Positions 1 through 14,242 of a stretch of 64,000 bases of DNA are shown piece by piece (the stretch's first letter is position 1; each line of letters starts with the position of its first letter). The stretch spans positions 1,024,001 through 1,088,000 of the forward strand of contig CAWFGO010000001.1 of assembly GCA_963815455.1 (NCBI GenBank), in the 5' to 3' direction. The position numbers were made by a program, and so were the translations under genes. This stretch comes from an uncultured Verrucomicrobiae bacterium. GTDB lineage: Bacteria > Verrucomicrobiota > Verrucomicrobiia > Chthoniobacterales > UBA10450. The notes below the pieces were generated by a model. The model did no database searches. It worked only from the letters and a program-made list of their open reading frames with translations, and was not told where the DNA came from.

Positions 1-1911
1 GATTTTGAGAAGCTGCCATCGATCACGCCGGCCATTTACACGCGTATGGCCCGATGCTTTTCCGAAACCGACCACAAATGGGAGGCGGTCGTTGTTTATC
101 AAGAGCTGTTCGATCGCTTCCCCCAGATTCCCGAGCGCGAGTCGGTGCTGTTTGGTCAGATCGTGTCCCTGGCGGACGTGAACCAGGGAAAAAAAGCGGA
201 GGCGCTGTGCGAACAATATCTGCGCGAATTCAAGAATGGCCCGAACGCGGAGACGGTCGGCTACATGCTCGGCGCAGTCGCGCTTCAGGCGAACGATGCC
301 GAGACGGCGGCGTCGCATTTTGTCCAGATGCTGGAGACGCAACAGAAGAGCAATTTTCGCGAACAGATGCGTTACCTGCTCGGTAACGCCAGGTTCATGC
401 AGGGCAAATACGACGAGGCGATCGCCGAATACAAAAAGTATCTGACCGAATTTCCGCAAGGTCCAAGTATCGAGGACGTGAACTACCGCCTGGCGCTGAC
501 CGCGCTTTTTTCCGGCAAGTACAAGGAAGCCATGGACGAGCTGAATGGTTATCTGAAGAAATATCCGCAGGGGCATTACGTGGCCGATGCCAAATACCGG
601 CTCGCGGTTTGCAAGTATGCCGCTTCGCTTTACGACGAAGTGGTGACGGATTGCCAGGCGTGGGAGAAAGAGTTCGGGAATCATCAGCAGCTCGGCGAGG
701 TCCTCGCGCTCCAGGGTGACGCGCTCGCGGCCAGCGACCACCCGAGTGAAGCCACCGACATCTACATCCGATCATACAAGACAGCGACGACGGATGAAGT
801 GACGAATTATTCGCTCTTTGCCGCGAGCAAGCTTCTGCAAAAAAGCGGCGACTGGGACAAGGTGGCCGAGCTTTTCCAGGGTTTCATCGAGGAGAAACCC
901 GACAGTCCCACTTTTCTTTCCGCGCTCTACTGGGTCGCAAAAGCCAAGGCGCACGAAGGAAAACTTGATGAAGCCAAACAAATCACTGCCGATGCGATCA
1001 AAAAGGGCATCGCCGATCCGCATCGCGAAAAAGTGGAATTGCTGCTCACGCAGTTAGCCCAGTTGTGCACGAAGAAAAGCAAGACCGAGGCGCCAGACGA
1101 AAATCCAGGATCGACATCGCCTCCCGATCCCGGCGCCGAGCTGGATGCGTTGCTCGGCTCCAGCGAAAAAGATCAAAATGCCACTGCGCGAGCCCGGATC
1201 ATTTTTGCCCGGGCGGAACTGGCGCGGCTTCGCCGGCAACCGGCCGAAGAGGAAAAAAACATCGCGCGTTTGGCAGAAGAGTTTAAGCCGGACGATTTGA
1301 GCGCGCTCCTGCTGGGCCGGGCCGGCGATTATCTGCTGAGCAAACAAAATTTGGATCAAGCGGCGCGTTTTTATCAGCGATTAATAGATGAATTCCCTAA
1401 GAGTGATCACTTGGATTTCGGTTACAACGGCCTGGGCGAAATTGCGTTCCAGAAAAAAGATCTGTCTGAAGCGCTGCATTATTTCTCCGATGGCGCGGAC
1501 AAATTGAATCCGTCGCTCAAGCTCAAGGACCTCACGGTGGGCAAAGCGAAAACGCTGCTGGCGATGGATAAACTGGATGAAGCCAAGAAAGCGTTCGAAC
1601 AAGTTGCTTCGGTCCGGGAATGGCGGGGCGAATCGACTGCGTTCAGCGTCTATTCGCTGGGTGACATCGAAGCCAGACGCGGCCACTGGGCCGAAGCCAA
1701 CGCTTATTTTCAGCGCGTTTACGTGGCCTATCGGAAATTCCTGCCCTGGGTGGCGAAAGCTTATATCCGCAGCGGAGAGAGTTTCGAAAAACTCGGCAAA
1801 CCGCAGGAAGCGGCGAACACGTATCGCGAACTGCTGCGCAACGAGAAGCTGTCGGATTTTTCGGAAGCGGTCGAAGCGCGAAAACGTTTGGAGGCGATGG
1901 GACAGGGATGA
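1..1911 (+). CDS. Tetratricopeptide-repeat protein (5'-truncated by window edge)
   Basis: Frame open from base 1; many TPR-like helical repeats (YLLGNARF..G.Y..A, YRLA, YSLG); first gene of the TPR-TPR-ExbB-ExbD-ExbD operon. Confidence 0.85.
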   Translation, partial: DFEKLPSITPAIYTRMARCFSETDHKWEAVVVYQELFDRFPQIPERESVLFGQIVSLADVNQGKKAEALCEQYLREFKNGPNAETVGYMLGAVALQANDAETAASHFVQMLETQQKSNFREQMRYLLGNARFMQGKYDEAIAEYKKYLTEFPQGPSIEDVNYRLALTALFSGKYKEAMDELNGYLKKYPQGHYVADAKYRLAVCKYAASLYDEVVTDCQAWEKEFGNHQQLGEVLALQGDALAASDHPSEATDIYIRSYKTATTDEVTNYSLFAASKLLQKSGDWDKVAELFQGFIEEKPDSPTFLSALYWVAKAKAHEGKLDEAKQITADAIKKGIADPHREKVELLLTQLAQLCTKKSKTEAPDENPGSTSPPDPGAELDALLGSSEKDQNATARARIIFARAELARLRRQPAEEEKNIARLAEEFKPDDLSALLLGRAGDYLLSKQNLDQAARFYQRLIDEFPKSDHLDFGYNGLGEIAFQKKDLSEALHYFSDGADKLNPSLKLKDLTVGKAKTLLAMDKLDEAKKAFEQVASVREWRGESTAFSVYSLGDIEARRGHWAEANAYFQRVYVAYRKFLPWVAKAYIRSGESFEKLGKPQEAANTYRELLRNEKLSDFSEAVEARKRLEAMGQG

Positions 1912-2786
1912 AACAGAATTGCGGATTTCGGATTGCGGACTGCGGATTGTCGATCTTGCGACGAGTCATGCTCATGTTCGTGCTCATGCTCATGATCGAT
2001 GCCTCAGCATTCGCTCAATCCATCATTCTCAAGACCGGGCAGAAAATCGTTACCCTTGGAGTCCGCCGAGACGGTGGCCTCGTGATGGGAAAAGTGCAGG
2101 TCGGCAGCGGCAGTGGCGAAATCGGATACAAAGTCGAGCAGATCGCCAAGATTGAATTCCCGGAGCCGGGCGCGTTCAAAACCGCCTCGGACTTACTGAC
2201 CCAGGGACAACCGGCCAAGGCACTCGCCGAAATCGATCCGGTGGTGAAGTATTACGAACCGTTCAAGGAAATCCCCGGCGCATGGTGGGGACAGGCGGCG
2301 GCCATCAAGGTCTCGGTGCTCTCGGCGCTTCACCGCGAGGCCGAAGGCGAAACGCTGACAAACCAAATCCAAAAGACGATCACGGATTCTGAAACGGGGC
2401 GCTCGGTCCAGCTTCAACTGGCCGCGGGTCTGATCCGGAAAAAAGAGTTCGAAAAAGCGATTGCGATTTGCGACACTGCCATTGCCCAGAGCAACGATTC
2501 GTCGGTCCTGGCGGAAGCGTGGACCAAAAAAGGCGATGCGCTGCTCGCCCAAAGACAATTCGATGCTGCGCTGCTCGCCTATCTGCATGTTCCCGTTTTT
2601 TATGATGACGAAAAATCGTTTGTGCCGGCGGCGTTGCTGGGAAGCGCGCGGGCCTATGCGCGGTTGGACGACACGGAAAGAGCAAGGAAATCGCTGAATG
2701 AACTAGTCGCCGCGTATCCGAAATCGGCCGAGGCGGCGGTGGCCCAAACCGAATTGCAGAAACTGCCGAGCCCCGGCCAGGAATGA
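1908..2786 (+). CDS. Secreted TPR protein
   Basis: Signal peptide ending ASAFAQ; TPR motifs (AWTKKGDALL, ALLGSARAY); ATGA overlaps with both neighbours. Confidence 0.8.
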   Translation: MKQNCGFRIADCGLSILRRVMLMFVLMLMIDASAFAQSIILKTGQKIVTLGVRRDGGLVMGKVQVGSGSGEIGYKVEQIAKIEFPEPGAFKTASDLLTQGQPAKALAEIDPVVKYYEPFKEIPGAWWGQAAAIKVSVLSALHREAEGETLTNQIQKTITDSETGRSVQLQLAAGLIRKKEFEKAIAICDTAIAQSNDSSVLAEAWTKKGDALLAQRQFDAALLAYLHVPVFYDDEKSFVPAALLGSARAYARLDDTERARKSLNELVAAYPKSAEAAVAQTELQKLPSPGQE

Positions 2787-3640
2787 AAATGAGATCTCTA
2801 AAAACACTTATGAAAACACGCGCGCCCCATCTCATTGCCCTGATCTTCGTTGGCCTGTCGATCTTCGCCACGCCGGCGCTTGCCCAATCGCCGCCGGCCG
2901 GCGCGGCCGCCGAAGGAGTGCATTCCAAAACGCTCTGGGCCCAGATAAAGGAAGGCGGCTGGGTCATGATCCCGATCGCCCTCTTATCGGTCGCGACTCT
3001 ATATTTGATCGTCGATGGCGTGATGCGCACTGCGCCTGCGCGGGTCGCACCGCCCGGGCACGAAGAGAGATTGAAGGAACTTTTTCGCCACGGCGATTAC
3101 ATTGGCGCCTACAAATATTGCAAAGATAATCCGTCCGCGTTGACCAACGTTTTGCGCGTCGGGATCGGATTATTGGGTGAAGGCAAACAAATCGCCGAGG
3201 ACGGCATGGTCGGACAACTGGCCAAGGAAAACTCAGCCATGCAAACTTACATCAGCTATTTGTCGGTAATCGGCGTTTGCGCGCCGATGATCGGCCTCCT
3301 CGGCACCGTGACGGGAATGATCAAGGCTTTTGCCAAGCTCGGATCGTCCGGCATCGGCGATCCCTCGGGATTATCGGCGGCAATCGGCGAAGTGCTGGTG
3401 GCGACTGCGAGCGGTTTGTTCATCGCGATTCCGGCGTTCATCGCTTTTTATTTCCTGCGGAACCGGGCCACGGCATCGCTTCATCACATTCAGGACAGTA
3501 TTAACAGTTTATTCCGGAAAATGCCCTACGAATCGCTGGCCGGCGTTCATCTGGGCGAGGAAGAATTGTATGCGGCGATTCCGAACTGGCTGGTCCAACC
3601 GAAAGGCTCGGGGCAGACCGGAAAGATCGTGAACAGCTAA
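2783..3640 (+). CDS. MotA/TolQ/ExbB proton channel protein
   Basis: GGWVMIPI, APMIGLLGTVTGMIKAF and IGEVLVATASGL motifs. Confidence 0.93.
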   Translation: MKMRSLKTLMKTRAPHLIALIFVGLSIFATPALAQSPPAGAAAEGVHSKTLWAQIKEGGWVMIPIALLSVATLYLIVDGVMRTAPARVAPPGHEERLKELFRHGDYIGAYKYCKDNPSALTNVLRVGIGLLGEGKQIAEDGMVGQLAKENSAMQTYISYLSVIGVCAPMIGLLGTVTGMIKAFAKLGSSGIGDPSGLSAAIGEVLVATASGLFIAIPAFIAFYFLRNRATASLHHIQDSINSLFRKMPYESLAGVHLGEEELYAAIPNWLVQPKGSGQTGKIVNS

Positions 3641-3768
3641 TGAATCCTAATGAGCACATATCTGTCGGCTTCGGCGCGGGAAGCTGTCAGCTTCCCCTAC
3701 AGGCCTCTCGATTCGAATTCATGTTTATTGACGTGCATTCGTGGTTCAAACAATAGGATCGACATCGT

Positions 3769-4230
3769 ATGGCTGCTGGCGCAGGAGGAATTGAATCGGG
3801 CGAACCTGAATTCCAGGTCGCGCCGATGATCGATGTGTTGCTGGTGATTCTCGTCTTTTTCATGACGATCACGTCGGCGGCAGTCTTGAAAGTCGACAAG
3901 ACCATCTCGTTGCCGGTCGCGCCCAATGCGCAGAAAAAAGATAACTCGCGCGCCGAGGCGGTGGTGAATGTGCGCTGGCAGCCGGCGACAAAAAAGGCGG
4001 CATTCGTTTTTGACGATCGGGTTTATCCGCAAGCGTCGGCGATGCTGGAACAGCTCAAAGCCGCCCGAATCACCGGCGAAAAAAAGGTGAGCGGCACGGC
4101 CAACCCGACCTTTCGCGCCGTGATCCGGGGCGACCGCGATGTGCCTGCGATTTATGTTTCGCAGGCGATGAACGCCTGCGCCGAGGCCGGCATCACCGAC
4201 ATTTCATTTTCGGCAGTGAACAAGGAGTAA
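3769..4230 (+). CDS. ExbD/TolR family protein
   Basis: APMIDVLLVILVFFM TM motif; IRGDRD in periplasmic domain. Confidence 0.92.
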   Translation: MAAGAGGIESGEPEFQVAPMIDVLLVILVFFMTITSAAVLKVDKTISLPVAPNAQKKDNSRAEAVVNVRWQPATKKAAFVFDDRVYPQASAMLEQLKAARITGEKKVSGTANPTFRAVIRGDRDVPAIYVSQAMNACAEAGITDISFSAVNKE

Positions 4231-4677
4231 TTGATGCGACTGGAGCTTGATCAAGGCCAGAGCAATTTCGGTTTTCAAATTGCGCCGATGATCGACGTCG
4301 TCTTTGTGATCATGCTTTTTTTTATGGTCATGGCCGGTGCGGTGAAGGTTGAAAACGAATTGAACAGCCAACTACCCGGGGTCGCGGAAACCGAGAGCAG
4401 CACTGATTTTGTCGATGAACAGATCATCGCCATCTCCGATGCGGGTGAGGTGAGCTTAAACGACGAGCCATTCGATTCGCCCCAGAGCAAAGATTTGCCG
4501 CAATTGAAAGCAACCCTGATTCGGCTAAAGCAAAATGCGGACGCAGCGAAAGCGCCGGCCGTCGTCACCATCATCAGCGACGAGCAAGCCAAATACAGCC
4601 GGGCCATCGACGTGCTCGACGCGTTGGCGGTCGCGAAGATCGACAACGTCACCTTTACGATCAATGAAGAGGAATAA
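4231..4677 (+). CDS. ExbD/TolR family protein (second copy)
   Basis: APMIDVVFVIMLFFMV motif. Confidence 0.92.
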   Translation: MMRLELDQGQSNFGFQIAPMIDVVFVIMLFFMVMAGAVKVENELNSQLPGVAETESSTDFVDEQIIAISDAGEVSLNDEPFDSPQSKDLPQLKATLIRLKQNADAAKAPAVVTIISDEQAKYSRAIDVLDALAVAKIDNVTFTINEEE

Positions 4678-4685
4678 GACGATCT

Positions 4686-6626
4686 CTACTGAATCGTAAA
4701 CGCTGCGCTGGCTATGGCACTGTCGTCATAACCGGCTTTGGCCGCCTTGGCTTTGATCGTCTTCATCCCAACGCCGCTCAGGGTAAAGGCCCTCGAGTAC
4801 TTGGTCGACGCCGTAGTCGGATCGGAGCCATCGGTGGTGTAATAAATTTTCGCCTTGGAGATGGAGTCATGCAGGGTCACTTGCACCGAACCGGTGAAGG
4901 TCCCGCCGTTGGGCGAAATCGTCGGCGTGGCTACGGGTTGCCTGGTGAAGGTGGCCGAGGCGATCCCGCTATCGTTGTATCCGCTCCTTACCGCTTTGGC
5001 TTTGACCGTGGAGGGCGTGGTCAGCGTGAATGCTTTCTTATACTTGGTTGAGCTCGTCGTCGGGTCGGTCCCGTCCTTTGTGTAATAAATCGTCGCTCCC
5101 GAGGTCGTGTCGCGAAGGGTGACTTTGACCTTTTTAACAAACGTCCCGCCATCAGGCGAGATGGTGGGCGTGGCGACAGTAGGCAAAACCGCAACAAAGT
5201 TTGCCACCAGAGTGCGATCGGAATTGGCAGTAAAATTGTAACTGGCCGACGTGCTCACGCTGCTGCCGCCCTCTGTCCAGTTCACAAAATTGTAATTGGC
5301 ATTCGCCGTAGCGATAACGGTCACACTGGCACCGCTGGCATAACTCCCGCCGCCGGTCACGGTACCGCCTGCTCCCGGAGAAGCGCTGACTGCGATCGTG
5401 TAAGTCGGCGTTGCGGTCGGTGTCGGCGTCGGCGTTGGGGTCGGAGTCGGAGTCGGTCCTCCGACGACTGTGAAGGTGAAGCTGCCGGCCGGAACGATAT
5501 TGTTGTCGTTGAAATCGGTGTCGACGACTTCCGACGCATGCGGCAGGACGGTTCCGGATTGCAACGTGTAAGTGCCCGAAGGCGTATTGGGATCAATCGA
5601 GAGGGTAACGTCGGCAACATGGTACATCCCGGCCGGCACCGCATTGGGCGGGCTTACAACGTCCACCGTCGCCCCGAGGTCGCGATTTTCAGTGAGGAAT
5701 CCCGATGTGGCACCGCTGGTCGAACCAAATGGCGCCGGATTCGGCACGGCCTGGTTCGGGTCGGAAAACGTCGAGTAAGCGACGCCAGTGACAGCGACAA
5801 ATGGCGCGACGGCGCTGTTCGCTTCAAACCAAAAGGAGAGGCCGTACGAACTGTAGCCGGTGAAAGTCAGATCGACCGACACTGTGAACTGCGTTGTCGC
5901 GCTGACATCGATTACCGGCGGACCGCTTAGCGATAAGGATTGCATGTGCGGATCGAGGCTCCCGCTCCGTCCCATCCGGTCTCCACCGCCTGAGCCCGGC
6001 AAAGTGCTGCCGGATTGCGCCCTGATCATTGCGATATCGGAAGCGTTGATCTCGCCGCTGGCGTTGATGTCCGACCGAAAATTTGAGTCCGTTACCACGG
6101 CGCCGATTTCTGATTTGGCGGCGATGATGTCGGAAGCGTTGACCGCGCCGCTGGCATTCGTGTCGCCCAACAGCGTTTGCATTGTGATCGTCGCGTCCGG
6201 CAGCGATTGTCCAAAATTATCCGTGACTTTCGCCAGGGACAAAACGAGCACCTGCCCATTCGGCACGCCGGCCAGAGTGATGGTCATGGTGTTTCCCGAC
6301 ACCTTCGTCTCGGCCACCGTCCCGGTTCCGTCGGCGATTGCCGCGACGCCGTCAGCCAGAGGATTGCTAAAAGTAACCACGATCGTGTGGTCGCCAGCAG
6401 CGCCCCGGCACTCGATGCCAAACGGCGGTGTGGACGGCAAATCGATGTCAAAATCCCCCGCGGCGCCATGGGTTTTACGCGAGACCGCGCCCAGCATTTG
6501 CAGGGGCTGGGCGGGGGCAGCTATGGCCCGACGACCGCTACCGGCCACCGGTGATGGAGCAACGACCAGAACCGCCGCGCCAAAGACGCAGCCCAGAATG
6601 AGTGGGAACAAAAAGAATTTTTTCAC
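4686..6626 (-). CDS. Secreted modular protein: dockerin-like domain, beta-sandwich domain, PT linker, InlB-B-like repeat, two chitobiase/Fn3-associated domains
   Basis: Signal peptide; twin EF-hand-like GDTNASGAVNASDI / DINASGEINASDI; (PT)n linker; GGGSY...ATANANYNFVNWTE; two ATPTISP.GGTF...IYYT.DG.DPT repeats. Confidence 0.75.
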   Translation of the reverse strand: MKKFFLFPLILGCVFGAAVLVVAPSPVAGSGRRAIAAPAQPLQMLGAVSRKTHGAAGDFDIDLPSTPPFGIECRGAAGDHTIVVTFSNPLADGVAAIADGTGTVAETKVSGNTMTITLAGVPNGQVLVLSLAKVTDNFGQSLPDATITMQTLLGDTNASGAVNASDIIAAKSEIGAVVTDSNFRSDINASGEINASDIAMIRAQSGSTLPGSGGGDRMGRSGSLDPHMQSLSLSGPPVIDVSATTQFTVSVDLTFTGYSSYGLSFWFEANSAVAPFVAVTGVAYSTFSDPNQAVPNPAPFGSTSGATSGFLTENRDLGATVDVVSPPNAVPAGMYHVADVTLSIDPNTPSGTYTLQSGTVLPHASEVVDTDFNDNNIVPAGSFTFTVVGGPTPTPTPTPTPTPTATPTYTIAVSASPGAGGTVTGGGSYASGASVTVIATANANYNFVNWTEGGSSVSTSASYNFTANSDRTLVANFVAVLPTVATPTISPDGGTFVKKVKVTLRDTTSGATIYYTKDGTDPTTSSTKYKKAFTLTTPSTVKAKAVRSGYNDSGIASATFTRQPVATPTISPNGGTFTGSVQVTLHDSISKAKIYYTTDGSDPTTASTKYSRAFTLSGVGMKTIKAKAAKAGYDDSAIASAAFTIQ

Positions 6627-6696
6627 AAAAGCACGTTAAATCGAAGCAGGGAGCGCGCCCAAACTAGACAAATCTGCCCGCGAGTCGAGACCGATT

Positions 6697-7530
6697 TTAC
6701 ACCGCGATCGGGGCTTTGATCGACGGATGCGGATCGTAACCGACCAGCTCGAAATCTTCGAACCGGAAATCGCGGATGTCCTTGACCGCGGGATTCAATT
6801 TCATCCTCGGCAAGGATCGACAATCGCGGCCGAGTTGCTCGCGTGCCTGGTCGAGATGGTTTTGGTAAAGATGGAGATCGCCGAAAGTGTGGACAAAATC
6901 GCCCGGCGTGAGATCGACAACTTGCGCGATCATCATCGTGAGCAACGCATACGAAGCGATATTGAACGGGACGCCCAGAAAAAGATCTGCGCTGCGCTGA
7001 TACAGCTGGCAGCTCAATTCGCCTCTCTCTTCGCCATTGGACGAATCCGCCGCGGCGGACACATAAAACTGGAAGAGCACATGGCACGGCGGCAATGCCA
7101 TCTGTGTCGATCTCGGCCGGGTTCCACGCGCTCACGATCAGGCGCCGGCTGTCCGGAGTCTCTTTGATCTCCTGATTACATTGTCGATCTGATCGACCCG
7201 CACACCGTTTTCTCCGCGCCAATCGCGCCACTGCGCTCCGTAGACCCGGCCGAGGTTGCCGTTTTCATCGGCCCATTCGTCCCAGATGGTGACGCCGTGC
7301 TCCTTGAGATAGCGAGTGTTGGTATCGCCGCGTAGGAACCAGAGCAGCTCATAAATGATCGATTTGGTGTGCAGCTTCTTTGTTGTGAGCAGCGGAAACC
7401 CGGGACCGTCGGAACGCAGATCGAAGCGGGCTTGAGCGCCGAAGATCGACAATGTGCCCGTGCCGGTGCGATCGGTGCGGGGTTGGCCATGCTCAAGAAC
7501 GAGCCGCAAAAGATCGTGATATTGCCGCAC
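6697..7530 (-). CDS. thyA: Thymidylate synthase (frameshifted near 7100-7180, probably sequencing error)
   Basis: [45 protein letters not shown]-terminal APIAV spread across frames. Confidence 0.95.
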
Positions 7531-7546
7531 GCGACAAATTACTGAA

Positions 7547-7606
7547 AGTGGCATCGGCTTCCAGCCGATGTTTCTTGTATTTCATCGGCAGGATGCCGAT
7601 GCCACA
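7547..7606. repeat. REP-like inverted repeat
   Basis: gtggcatcggcttccagccgatg ... catcggcaggatgccgatgccac. Confidence 0.7.
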
Positions 7607-7607
7607 C

Positions 7608-7970
7608 TTACGCCTTTAGCGCCGTTAATTCTCTTTCCAATTCGGCCTTGCGTTCATTCAACATCTGCAAACGCAATTGCCACCGATGCAGCTGAATCGA
7701 TGTTTGATTGATGTAACCGTTGATCTCGGTCCGTTGCGATTCGTTTTCCTTCATTCGCCGCTCGATTTCCTGGATCTGATTTGCCGAACTAATCGCCGGC
7801 GCTTCAATTTTCGGAACGACGATCGGTTTGCCGCACTGCTGGCAGTTAAAGGTCATTCCCGCCGCGTCGCGGCCAACTACCAGCGACGTGTTACAATGAT
7901 CGCATCGAAAAACGATGTTCGAATCGTTTGCCGTTTTCGAGAGTGAGGGCGTTGCGCCTGCTATTTGCAC
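7608..7970 (-). CDS. Small zinc-ribbon + coiled-coil protein (start uncertain)
   Basis: FRCDHC...CQQCG pairs followed by heptad-rich helix; the longer ORF start runs through a REP. Confidence 0.65.
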   Translation of the reverse strand: MQIAGATPSLSKTANDSNIVFRCDHCNTSLVVGRDAAGMTFNCQQCGKPIVVPKIEAPAISSANQIQEIERRMKENESQRTEINGYINQTSIQLHRWQLRLQMLNERKAELERELTALKA

Positions 7971-8017
7971 GAAAATGGAACAAGCAACCGTTATGCCGCC
8001 GGCTCTGGGGTCCGGGT

Positions 8018-8151
8018 CTGGGGAGCGCAGGCTACCAGCCTGCGATTGCCGGCAGCTTGCCGGCAACATCCTTGCATTCTTGCGGCCGATTTGTTGATTG
8101 CGCGATCTCGGCAAGCTGCCGAGATCAACTGGCCGGCAGCCCGTGCTCCCG
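8018..8151. repeat. REP-like element (GGGAGC family, related to 26367-26509)
   Basis: ctggggagcgcaggctaccagcctg...ggcagcttgccg...cggcaagctgccg...gtgctcccg. Confidence 0.75.
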
Positions 8152-8333
8152 AAGCGGACTCTCACCCGTGCCGCATTGGCACCAATGGAGTCACAAGGAG
8201 GCATGAGGTCGTGTCGAGTTGTCCCACTTTGGCCTATTCGGTTTCAGCATCTTTCAAACACTAGATCCTCGCGTTCAGACACTTAACACTGTTATCACTT
8301 TGGTGGCTCGGCCCCTGCTAAAGACCCGCGTAG

Positions 8334-10361
<2,028 letters not shown>

Positions 10362-10469
10362 TTCTATGCCACGATTCGAAGATCACCCTCTTAGCCGATT
10401 GACTATGAAGAACGGCAAACTTCAGCTCGTCGGCAAACCCGAGAGCGAATACCTAGAGTACGGCCCGAA

Positions 10470-10832
10470 GTGCACATAGTCTCAAAGGAAAGTCTGCACG
10501 AAGGCGACGCATCAACTGAGGTGACGTATACGTTCCGACTCAATTGTCAGCCTGACTCGACTTGGACGGCAGTACTCGAAAAAGTCCGGGGAACCGAGAA
10601 CGTGATCGTCGATCGAGATTGCATGTACCTGCGTTGCATACCGGCGAATCTAGAAGGCCGTTATCAAACGGCTAAAGATGCGATTTCACAAACGAATCGG
10701 TCGTACGCGGAACACAAAGCTCTCCTTACCACCAAAGTCGCCGAGCTCGACATCGAGCGGGAGCAGATGGCGAAGGCCCAGTCCGCAAGAAGCTTAGCAG
10801 TCAAAGAACAGTTTACTAACCTGCAACTATAA
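10470..10832 (+). CDS. Hypothetical protein
   Basis: 120-aa ORF between dnaK and groES; no recognised motif. Confidence 0.55.
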   Translation: MHIVSKESLHEGDASTEVTYTFRLNCQPDSTWTAVLEKVRGTENVIVDRDCMYLRCIPANLEGRYQTAKDAISQTNRSYAEHKALLTTKVAELDIEREQMAKAQSARSLAVKEQFTNLQL

Positions 10833-10885
10833 CCGTGACGTGAACGCTTCGAAACACCGACTCTATTTTAGTTAGGAGAAAAATC

Positions 10886-11998
10886 ATGCCTACGGAAGAA
10901 GCTAGCCAGAAAAGCAAGGTAGTTGAGAAAAAAACTCCACTAAATCACGACGCAGCGCACGAGCATTGACGAAACCGCCATGGACATTTCCTAAAAATAC
11001 GTTGGAGCAAGCCATTCTGATTCCAAAAGCGATTGAAGAACAAAACGCTGGGAATCCAATGAAGGCCGATGTGCTTTGCAAAGCCGTCGGATTTCGGCAG
11101 CCCGACTGGCGCTTTCTGGAGCTACTAAAATCAGCGAACCAGTACGGAATTGTAAAGGTTCTGGAGCCGCGTCGACCGTGCGGCTCGAACAGAGTTGGCC
11201 AAGACGTCGTCGCGCCAAGCTCGCCTGAACAACGACCGAAGGCGTTATTGAATGCGTTTCGCAGTGTCGATGAGTTCAAGAAAGTTGAAGACTTCTACAA
11301 AGGCAAAAGGCTTCCCGAGGATGAATTTTTTGAGAATAACCTAGTGCGTGAATTCGGGATCCCGCGCGAGCGGGTCAAAACATTCATCGAAGTCTTCACG
11401 ACGAACCTAAGCTTTCTGAGAGCTTTTCAAGCAGCAGATCGCCGAGAGCCTGCCGAAGAAGCTAAACCGGCGGGCAACGGCGCAGTGATTCCATCTAAGT
11501 CGGTGATGGCCGAAGACGCTACGAAGAGCCGCACATTCCTTGATACTTGCTTCGTAATGATGCCGTTCGGTGAATGGTTCGATACTTACTACAAGGAGCT
11601 TTTTGTTCCTGCAATCAAAGAGGCCGGAATGGAAGAATTGCGCGCGGACGAATTATTTTCGACCGGTACGGTGATAGAACAGATTTGGGAGACAGATTCA
11701 GAAGTCGAAGATATTACTGGCCGATCTCACGGGAAAGAATGCGAATGTTTTTTACGAACTCGGATTGGCGCATGCTGCGACAAAGCCGGTTGTATTCACG
11801 TCTGGCAATCTTGATGATGTACCGTTCGATTTACGGCATCTGCGCGTCATCATTTACGACGTTAACGATCCATTTTGGGGCGAGAAGCTAAAAACCAATC
11901 TGAGTGCCTATCTCAAGAACGCGAAAAACGATCCGACAAAGTCCATTCCACAACCATTTCGACAAAAGGCTGAAGATCAGGAGGAAGAAGAGAAATAA
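10886..11998 (+). CDS. Protein with N-terminal helical/wHTH-like region and C-terminal nucleoside 2-deoxyribosyltransferase-like (TIR-like Rossmannoid) domain; several frameshifts
   Basis: RBS aggaga + ATG 10886; CFVMMPF...RADE...IWE then (shifted) ADLTGKNANVFYELGLAHA..KPVV...DVPFDLRHLRVIIY. Confidence 0.75.
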
Positions 11999-12084
11999 CT
12001 CGAAACGAATTTGCCGGTGGCGGTCGCAACATCGACAGTCGCCGGCTCAACCCAAAAAACAAGAAAGAGAAATAACAAACGCTT

Positions 12085-12381
12085 ATGGCAAGCGTTAATG
12101 TAAGACCTCTCGGAGACCGGGTGCTGGTGCAGCCGATCGAAGAGAAGGAAGTAAAAAAAGGCGGGATCATTATTCCCGATACCGCAAAAGAAAAACCGCA
12201 GGAGGGCAAAGTGATCGCTCTCGGCACCGGTAAAGTGAACGAAGAAGGCAAGAAAGTCGATTTCACCGTGAAGAAAGGTGACAAAGTGCTGATCTCAAAA
12301 TACGGCGGCACCGAAATCAGGATCGACAGCGAATCTTACCTGATCATGCGCGAGGACGATATCCTCGGCATCATCGGCTAA
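12085..12381 (+). CDS. groES: Co-chaperonin GroES
   Basis: [32 protein letters not shown]. Confidence 0.98.
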   Translation: MASVNVRPLGDRVLVQPIEEKEVKKGGIIIPDTAKEKPQEGKVIALGTGKVNEEGKKVDFTVKKGDKVLISKYGGTEIRIDSESYLIMREDDILGIIG

Positions 12382-12505
12382 GGAATCCACGAAAATGGAA
12401 CTAATCTGGAAACCATGAAACCATGAAGGGATTTTGAACTCAGAATCCTTCCGGTGCTCTTTTCCTGGATTCCTGGGTTCCAGATTCATCTTCAATCTCA
12501 ACTAG

Positions 12506-14185
<1,680 letters not shown>

Positions 14186-14193
14186 TGAATTCG

Positions 14194-14230
14194 AACAGCC
14201 GGACTCGAAAGGGTCCGGCTGTTCTGTTTG
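14194..14230 (+). terminator. Rho-independent terminator of groEL
   Basis: aacagccggactc-gaaa-gggtccggctgtt hairpin followed by T-rich tail. Confidence 0.8.
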
Positions 14231-14242
14231 GCAATCTTGATT

